In this document: piece by piece, positions 53,966 through 64,000 of the stretch | Layout: each line of letters begins with the position of its first letter | Position numbering within the stretch: the first letter of the stretch is position 1 | Source: Octopus vulgaris | Lineage: Eukaryota | Assembly (NCBI GenBank): GCA_951406725.2 | Contig: OX597832.1 | Span: forward strand, 11,780,001-11,844,000 | Length of the DNA: 64,000 bases | Direction: 5' to 3' | Position numbers and translations under genes: made by a program | Notes under the pieces: generated by a model | What the model saw: the letters and a program-made list of their open reading frames with translations, nothing else | The model's database searches: none | Told to the model about the DNA's origin: nothing

Positions 53966-54525
53966 CTATCTCTATCTATCTACCTATCTAGATATGTATA
54001 TAAGGGTTCAGCGCAGAATATACCGTTTAAGGATTCTGAAATTAAAATTACTGCCAGTAATGCTACATTTTATTGTAATAAATATATTTTAATTCTGATG
54101 TTCAATTGCTCTAGCTTCTGTGTAACGAAGCCGCATTCTTTGTTAATTCTGTACGCCTATTTCGAGCCATATACAAATTTTCCAACGGGACAGTACGTTA
54201 AAACTTTCCACAAAGAGTAGCATTTAGTTCTATTTCTACAGTCTATTTTACGTTTACACAGATGTTTAGTACGCATAATTTTGGAGTTTAGTAAGAAATC
54301 TACGATCTTATATAGTTCAAACATCTTTAGGTTAGTTCCAGCAGAATTTCTATTAAAGATTTTCGCTACCTATCTGGAGCGTGTCCAGTATTACGGTATG
54401 GTATATTATGTGCATTCTAAGTATTTCATTAAAATTGTTCCTGTCTCAGTCTCTATTATATTATGGACTAGAATAATAGAATATTTTCTATTCTAATATT
54501 AGACAGATACACATATAATCCCCGA

Positions 54526-54912
54526 GGAGGCACAATGGCCCAGTGGTTAGGGCAGCGGACTCGCGGTCGTAGGATCGCGGTTTCGATTCCCAGACCGGGC
54601 GTTGTGAGTGTTTATTGAGCGAAAACACCTAAAGCTCCACGAGGCTCCGGCAGGGTATGGTGGTGATCCCTGCTGTACTCTTTCACCACAACTTTCTCTC
54701 ACTCTTACTTCCTGTTTCTGTTGTACCTGTATTTCAAAGGACCGGCCTTGTCACTCTCTGTGTCACGCTGAATATCCCCGAGAACTACGTTAAGGGTACA
54801 CGTGTCTGTGGAGTGCTCAGCCATTTACACGTTAATTTCACGAGCAGGCTGTTCCGTTGATCGGATCAACCGGAACCCTCGTCGTCGTAACCGACGGAGT
54901 ACTTCCAATCCA
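54526..54912 (+). mobile_element. tRNA-derived SINE, family B, 3' module type 2
   Basis: The head is shared with 19527. An 11-bp TSD flanks it: ATAATCCCCGA (54515-54525) / ATAATTCCCGA (54913-54923). Confidence 0.92.
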
Positions 54913-55541
54913 ATAATTCCCGAATGATATTTGTATTGTTCTCTCTGATGAAAATTTATAGAGAGTATTTCAAGATTGCAGTAGATAGAGTATTCAAGAG
55001 ATTAAATTGATTATACCAATTCTCGTTCTATGCTTGGTACGTGTTTCACCATTCTTAGAAAAACACGAAAAGTAATGAGAATCGGGTGTAATAGGATTCA
55101 CCGAACATAGACCGAAACAACACAAAGGCATTCTGGGTGACGCACTTACCATTTTGGCTACAATAATAATACGCGCGCGCGTAAAATTCCAGGATAGCAT
55201 AGGAATAGATTTACACTCCCAACTTTTGTGAAGTTGCGGTAGTTTTGCTCCCATTTAATGATAGGCTCATGCATGTACATAGCATAACATATTAGAATAA
55301 TTCACCGGTTGACTTTCAAAAAATCAAACCGATCGAAATGCAGAGTAGGTGAGAATATTAAAATAGTTTTCCTCCATAAAGTTGAGGTTAATTTTCAAAA
55401 AATTAAAATTGTGTACGTATGTGCTTATACGTACATATCTACATACATGTGTGTGTGTGTGTGTGTGTGCACAAATATATATATATATATATATATGGAC
55501 TTATATGAGGGCATATATACATGTACATATATATATATATA

Positions 55542-55575
<34 letters not shown>

Positions 55576-55676
55576 GTATATGCATACATACAGTTACGCT
55601 TTTCTATATGCAATTTTAATTTGCATATGTATATGTATATCTACATACATACATATTTTACGTATGTTTGAGTGTG

Positions 55677-55716
<40 letters not shown>

Positions 55717-56126
55717 GTACATTACGAGTTTACTTGAAGATTATGAACATTCTCCGCTGTTATGCTGCTATTATGGGGAAAATATTTTTTCTAATGTTAC
55801 TCATCAAAGACCAGGAAATATCAAAGTAACCTAAAAGAAAGAGAAAAAGAAATAAAATGCGAAACAGATTATCAAGGCTAAAACATAATGTGAAAATTAT
55901 GAAAACTTCATAGAATATATTGAACTTACCAAAAGAAAAAAAAAAGAAAGAAAAGGAGAACTAAATAAAAAAAATAAAATCAATGCAAAAATAAAAATAA
56001 AATTAAAAATAAACTTATTCAAATCGATTCTCAAGAATCGAAAATCTTAAATGTTTCATTTAAAGAAATATGCTAAAATGTCATAAAAATTACAGAAAAA
56101 TATGATGATGATAGTGGTAGTTTATG

Positions 56127-56168
<42 letters not shown>

Positions 56169-56854
56169 GAAAAAGAGGAGGGAGAGGGTCTTTCGGAAAT
56201 CGATAATAAAGAAATCAATAAATACTTAAACCATTGAAAGAATGGTAAGTTTGTCAGGAAACCCGATAGGGTAATTTCTATCTTAAGGAGTATACCGTAA
56301 CAGCTTTCGATGTCTTAAATTTCCTTTTTTTTTTTTTTTTTTTTACTTTTTTTTTCTTATTTAATACCTACCTACCTTCCAATTCAGATTCCTAAACCAT
56401 CAAGTATCATATGTTTCTTCACCCATACATCCATTCACCATCTAAAAGCACCACTCCTCTTGATGAAGCCCAAAAATGTTTCCCAGAACAGACTGTAAAA
56501 GAATAATAATAAATAAATAAATATATAAATAAATAAATAAGCAAATACACAAATAAAAGAATCTGAAATGCGGCAGGAGGGGAGGAAAAAAATTCTTCCG
56601 TATCATGTGACATTTTAAATGTCAGCAACCATCTTGATCTAATATGTATTTCTCTCTACCTCCTTTCGTACCGGTTGTCCATTATGGTCTCCTTCCTTCG
56701 TACTCTGTTACATATATTCATACATTTGAAAAAAAAACTTACTCATTCATTTTTTCCTTTCTTTTATTATTCCTACCTTCCTTCCTTGCTTCCTTGCAAC
56801 CCTCGTGCCTCCCACGTCGTATCATACAACTGCTTTTCCCTCTCAATATATGTA

Positions 56855-56897
<43 letters not shown>

Positions 56898-56941
56898 GAA
56901 TACCTATATGTGTGTGTGCGCTTGTGTTCTTGTGGGTGTGC

Positions 56942-56978
<37 letters not shown>

Positions 56979-57024
56979 TGGATATACATGTATGCAAACC
57001 AAAATGTGTCTGTGAATACATACA

Positions 57025-58575
<1,551 letters not shown>

Positions 58576-59124
58576 TGTCATGTAACTGAGTATGAGGGTG
58601 TGTATATATAGATCTCGTATTTATATATGTGTATGTATGTATAGTTGTATAGGTATCTATATATTCATACCGACATACATATATAACACATACAAACGTG
58701 TGTATATGTTTTGGAGTTTACATGTGTTTCTAGTTATTTGTTGTTACGAGCGTGCAGTTGTGTATACGACAGGAGGTGTGTGCGCGTGTGTAACTGCGTG
58801 CGCACGTGCTCGTATGTGCGTCTATATGCGTCGATTATTATCATTTATTATTCCGGAGAGTGAAATCGATGCTCATAGCATTCTTAGATACAACTACACT
58901 GGAGCATTCCATTAGTGGATTTCAATACTTGAAAGCTTGGTTTTAAAATACTTACCTGTATTACAATTGCATACCTATGTAAACATTACTGGATGCATCT
59001 ATGTTAACAAACACACAGACATTTATACATACACACACTCTCCTTCTCTTTCACGTACACACACACCACACATTTATGTATCTATCTACATTTGTGTGTC
59101 GATATATGTATAGGAATGTATATG

Positions 59125-59155
<31 letters not shown>

Positions 59156-59344
59156 ATTTATATGTATATATATATGTGTGTGTATGTATATGTGTATATG
59201 TATATATATATATATATATGTGTGTGTATGTATATGTGTATATGTATATATATATATGCATGTATATGTTTGTATGTATATATATATATATATTTATGTA
59301 TATGTATGTATATATACAAATATATGTATATATATATATGTGTG

Positions 59345-59380
<36 letters not shown>

Positions 59381-59818
59381 TGATGTATGTGCATGGGAAT
59401 TAATACGATGTTACTAGCCTCGTTTTATTTTCCTTAAAAAAATGTATGAATGTGAAAGAGATGTAGAAGCAGCGACAGAGAGAGTGGAGAAAGATAGAAA
59501 GAGGGAGGGAGAGAGGAGTAGTGAGAGATTAAACGGGGTGTGTCAGAGAGGAGAACAAAATATGAAGAATACTTGTACGTCGGAATGAATAAAATAGACA
59601 TAGGATCGTAAAGGAAATCCGCAATATCATTGATGTAAAATGAATTTAACAGAATGCGCTCCTTCGGCGTCACAGAATGCTTTCACAAGTTAACCCACTC
59701 CTTTGAAATATGGTGAAATGTGTCGGAAATGTTACCACATTCTACTTATTTTTTGCGAAGTATTTCCGAAGTTCATTGTCTAGCTAACATATAATAAGAA
59801 AGTGAGCAGATATTTCGA

Positions 59819-60240
59819 CGCAAGGATAGCTGTGTGGTTAGGAAGTTTGGTCCTCAAGCCTGTGAGTTTGGGTTCAGTCCCACAGTGTGTGTGGTACCTA
59901 GGCTTAGTGTCATTTAATATAGTACACCGCCAGCTTAAATCATATGAACGGATTTCTTGAACGGAAACTAAAAGTAGCTCATCGTTTATGTGTGTTTCCA
60001 TCTGTGGTAGTGTGTGTGTGTGTGTGTTTTTCAGTGATATTTGTCCTTCACCGCTACCTGACTATCGGAATTGTTTTACGTTTCGGTAACATAGTGGTTC
60101 AATAAAAGGGACCTATAGAATTAGTACTAAGCTTTAAAAATAAGTACTGGCATCGAAATTGTTTGACTAAAATCTCTTGAAGCCGCTGTCCCAGCATGGC
60201 TGTCATCCAATGACTGCAACAAGTAAACGGTAAATGATAG
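59819..60240 (+). mobile_element. Old full-length SINE D
   Basis: GCTGTGTGGTTAGGAAGTTTG..GGGTTCAGTCCCAC..ACGGAAACT..(TG)n..AATAAGTACTGG..CCAGCATGGC..AATGACTGCAACAAGTAAA. Confidence 0.85.
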
Positions 60241-60899
60241 AACATACATAATAAGTGTACAAGCACGTATGAATATCTAAATATTTATTTCTATGCCTAT
60301 GTACCATGTAGCTCGAAGTTAGGTGAATAAAAAGCAAGTAAGTATCAAGGATGTCCAGGTATCAGTGCATTACGGCCGTTTCAAACGGCTCCATTTAATC
60401 GATCAATGAAAAAGTTACGCCAATTTGAAATACACCTCTCTCCTCGGAGCAGATGAACATATAGTTTTCCAACATATAGGATTCACCATTATATTTCTTT
60501 AGCAAACTTTGCATCAGTACTACAGACAAAAATAATTACATTGCTTCTCTTTGCAATTTTTGTGGCTGAATGAATTCAGGGAAAATAATACTTAAATCCT
60601 GCTATAATTTAGAGTGACACAAGAAAGTAATGGGGGTCAATAAGTGTGTATCCGTATATCTGTGTATGGGTTGTTTGTGTTAGACAAAATAACACTTCTC
60701 GTTTTGGTTACAAAGCCTGATGTGTTGTGGTGTGTCGGTAGGGGGAGCTAGCCCATTAGATCTCACCCAATATTTAACAGTTGCTTATTTTATAGACACC
60801 GAAAAGAGGAGGGGACAACGTCTACTTTGCCAAAATTTGAACTTAGAATGTAAAGCCAGAAGAAATGTGGCTAAGCATTTTGGCCTCTGCGCTAACGAT

Positions 60900-61083
60900 T
60901 ATTTCTTTATTGCCCACAAGGGGCTTCACACAGAGGTGAGAAACAAGGTTAGACAAAGGGATGAAGTCAATTACATCGACCCCAGTGCGTAACTGGTACT
61001 TAATTTATCGACCCCGAAATGATGAAAGGCAAAGTCGACCTCGGCAGAATTTGAACTCAGAACGTAACGGCAGACGAAATACC
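60900..61083 (-). mobile_element. Young SINE, family C (copy 5)
   Basis: Runs from the tail TATTTCTTTATTGCCCACAAGGGGC to GGCAGACGAAATACC, where copy 6 begins. Confidence 0.92.
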
Positions 61084-61310
61084 TATTTCTTTACTACCAA
61101 CAAGGGGCTAAACATAGAGGGGACAAAGAAGGACAGACAAACGGGTTAAGTCGATTATATCGACCCCAGTGCGTAACTGGTACTCATCTAATCGACCCCG
61201 AAAGGAAGAAAGACTAAGTCGACCTCGGCGGAATTTGAATTTAGAATGTAACGGCAGACGAAATACCGCTAAGCAGTTCGCCCGGCGTGCTAACGTATCT
61301 GCCAGCTCAC
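61084..61310 (-). mobile_element. Young SINE, family C (copy 6)
   Basis: Runs from the tail TATTTCTTTACTACCAACAAGGGGC to the head GCCAGCTCAC. Confidence 0.92.
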
Positions 61311-61337
61311 CGCTAACGATTCTGACGCCTTGTGCAA

Positions 61338-61580
61338 TGGGTACAAGGCTTAAATTTGTGCATGTGTTTGTTTGTGAGTTTGTGTGTTTGTAATATGGTG
61401 TGTGTTAGTCTGTGTGTGAGTGTGTATGTGTGAATGAGTGGTTAACATTGACCCTAGTGCTCGACTGATGTTTCTTTGATCGACCCTGCGTGGACGAAAG
61501 GCAAATTTGAAAAATGCCGGAAGAAATCCCACTAAGCGATTTTTCCGACGCACTGTAGATTCCACCAGCTCAATGCCTGG
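61338..61580 (-). mobile_element. Very old C' SINE with an internal (TG)n expansion
   Basis: GGTACAAGGC..TTGACCCTAGTGCTCGACTG..GATCGACCC..GAAAGGCAAA..CTAAGC..CCAGCTC. Confidence 0.55.
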
Positions 61581-61857
61581 TCATGGTAAATAACAGAAGA
61601 CACAAAATGGAAAAGTAGATAGCAAATGTCATTGAAACCGCTGACACCGCTCGGGTGAATTGGATTTTATTTTATCATGAAAGTGAATTGTTTGCAGAAA
61701 GTAGTTTATTTTCTTTAAATAACTTAGAAGTCTTAATCGCATTGAAGGAACGACGTTCAAGAATGAATTGTCAGGTATATTGTGAATCAAGATATTGTGA
61801 TGATCATCAAAGCAATGACAAACACAATTTAACACTGGCAAAATATCTATAGGATTC

Positions 61858-62016
61858 TTCCTCTTTTAGCTACTCTTCTGCTTCTTCTTTTTCTTCTTGT
61901 TTTTCTTCTTCTTCTTCTTTTGCTTCTTCTTTTTCCTCTGCTTCTTCTTTTTCTTCTGCTTCTTCTTTTTCTTCTTTTTCCTCTGCTTCTTCTTCCTTTT
62001 CTTCTTTTTCTTCTTC
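61858..62016. repeat. Degenerate (CTT)n array
   Basis: Read directly. Confidence 0.9.
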
Positions 62017-62481
62017 TAATTCATTGTTGTTGTTTCTGTTGTTGTTGTTGTTATTATTATTATTTTTCTTCTTTCAATTTTGTTCCATTTCTTCCCGAGT
62101 GTCTTCCCTATACCTACGGCAAAATAAACTCCAATGTATACATTCGTAGGTAATTAAAATAAACACACCAGATTGTTCATTTACAAAGTCAAGATAGGTG
62201 ATAGAGAAAAAAAAGGAAAGAAAGAAAGAAAGAAAGAGAGAGAAAAATGAAAAATGAACAAATAGAAAAGAAACAAGACAACAAAGAAAGGGGGATGAAA
62301 CGGAAAGAACATTCAGTGACGATACTTTTCTCAATACGTGTTTCGTACTACTCAAAACAATCTTTTGCACTCCTTGCATGCATGAATGGTAAGTCAGGGA
62401 TCATTCTGAAATAAGATAGTTTTTTTAATCCTTCTAAGTGCTCTTAAAAACACTGGTGCTGTTGCTGTTGTTGTTGTTATT

Positions 62482-62695
62482 AAGGCGGCGAGCTGACAGT
62501 ATCGATAGCGGGATTTCGCCTGTCTTTACGTTCTGCGATCAAACTCCACCGAGGTCTACTTTGCCTTTTATTCTTTCGGGATCGATGGCATAAAGACCAC
62601 TTAATTACTCAGGCCCGGTGTAATCGATTTACAGTCTCCTCCAAAATGTCAGGACTTGTACCTATAGTAGAAAGGATTATCATTATTATTATTAA
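62482..62695 (+). mobile_element. C' SINE with a (ATT)n tail
   Basis: AAGGCGGCGAGCTGACAG..TTTACGTTCTG..CCGAGGTCTACTTTGCCTTT..TTTCGGG..CCAAAATGTCAGGACTTGTACCTATAGTAGAAAGGATTAT. Confidence 0.85.
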
Positions 62696-62715
62696 TAGTA
62701 GTTTAGTAGAGGGGG

Positions 62716-62886
62716 TATTAGTAGTAGTGGTGGTGGTAGTGGTGGTGGTGGTGGTGGTGGTGGTAGTAATAGTAGTGGTGGTGGTGGTGGTAGTAAGTGG
62801 TGGTGGTGGTGGTAGTAATAGTGGTGGTGGTAGTAGTAGTGGTGGTGGTGGTGGTGGTGGTAGTAATGGTGGTGGTGGTGGTGGTG
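62716..62886. repeat. (GGT/AGT)n trinucleotide array
   Basis: Read directly. It is the source of the poly-V/G/H ORFs. Confidence 0.95.
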
Positions 62887-64000
62887 ACTAGAATGGTAAC
62901 TCAATTGCGGCTCTGCTATATCACTGTCTCGAAGATTTTAGTCAAACAAATCGGCCATAGTTGTTTTTTTTTCCTTGTTTTTTTCCATGTTCCGTGTGAT
63001 ACTCATTTTATGACTTCGTCGATCAACTAATGTTATAATGACATAAACAAACAAACACCTCTTGTCAAACCATGGAGCAGGGAACATACAAAACCACTAG
63101 AGAAGACATATTCTACTATAGTTTCTTCTACTACCCGAGACCCACGTCTTGTGAGTAAATTTCGTATGGTATGTGTGTGAGTGTGTTTGTTCTGTATGCT
63201 TGTTTGTGTCTGTGTACATATATAAGGCTTCTGCAGTTTCCATCTACTATATTCATTCACAAGGCATTTGTCATGATGTTAAGCTGCAAAACAATAGAGC
63301 AGAAGGCACTTGGATCAGCCCAAAGTATTATGCATTAGGATTGAACCTAAAGCCACATTATTGCAAAGCCAGCTTCTTAGCCACACGGCCACGCCTGTTT
63401 GGCAACTTTGCTTATATGTCTATTTATAGTTTTCCTTTTCTTACTGTTTCCCTTTGAAGATTCTTATCTGATCATCAGTTTTTAATGTTTGATGTTGCTT
63501 ATCTGATCATCGTTTTACCGTTCTGATCTTTAGAGTGCATCTCGTTCCGACAGTGTAAGAGTTGAAATTTGAAATATTTAATAGCTTTTTATGAAATGTA
63601 ATAAAGCGTTTCTTCTGCCGTAGTCAAAACGCCTCAAAGACATAAGAACGAATGATGTTCTTAGATGTTTGAAGGTCGTTTGGGGAATTAGTGGAAATAA
63701 TTTTTGGCTGCAACTTGGTGTCGAACGTAGTAGCATTTATCAAAACTTGATTCTCTAATCTGAAAATTTTCTTCAAATGAAAATGGCCTTTGATAAAGTT
63801 GTTGATGAAGATCTTGAGAAGGAGAAGCCAAAGTAATGGAAAAACTTTACGTTATGAAGAAAAAACCCAACTTAATCCAACATTTTCTTTCGGTAAGCAT
63901 CTCTGGTGGAGGGGGAAAATCTATTCTTAGACTTGAAAACTGAACTATAATGTTAATACTAAACCTAGGGAACTACTCAGAACAGTAAATATAAATAGAT

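Larger units (their letters stand above)
60705..61330 (-). mobile_element. Old C' SINE split by two young C copies
   Basis: The body lies at 60705-60899 and the head remnant at 61311-61330. A perfect 11-bp duplication, CGCTAACGATT, lies at 60890-60900 and 61311-61321. Confidence 0.8.

Noticed and set aside
63777-63836. Short ORF MKMAFDKVVDEDLEKEKPK
   Set aside because: It is 19 codons long, with no recognisable homology or supported splice structure.

Overview
This is AT-rich eukaryotic non-coding DNA saturated with microsatellites. The repeat families look like those of an octopod cephalopod (Octopus-like), which is an inference from recognising the SINEs, not a database result. I can support no intact protein-coding gene, and nearly all ORFs in the track are translations of simple repeats. 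The window holds at least four tRNA-derived SINE families (labelled A-D here), a ~545-bp element found only inside (AAT)n tracts (E), and a DINE-1/HINE-like element. It also holds decayed transposase/retrotransposon coding remnants (maT DD37D, Tc1 DD34E, HERO-like RLE LINE, Penelope GIY-YIG) and several Penelope-type minimal hammerhead ribozyme motifs. The most striking pattern is in young SINE family C. All six copies sit at targets that resemble one of two sites in the SINE's own 5' head, and four are nested in related SINEs at those sites. The target class co-segregates 3/3 vs 3/3 with a diagnostic base in the SINE tail, which suggests heritable, possibly RNA-templated, self-targeting. A second pattern is recurrent hammerhead cores reading CCGANGA instead of CUGANGA. 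All alignments were made by eye, so the ends of degenerate elements are approximate.
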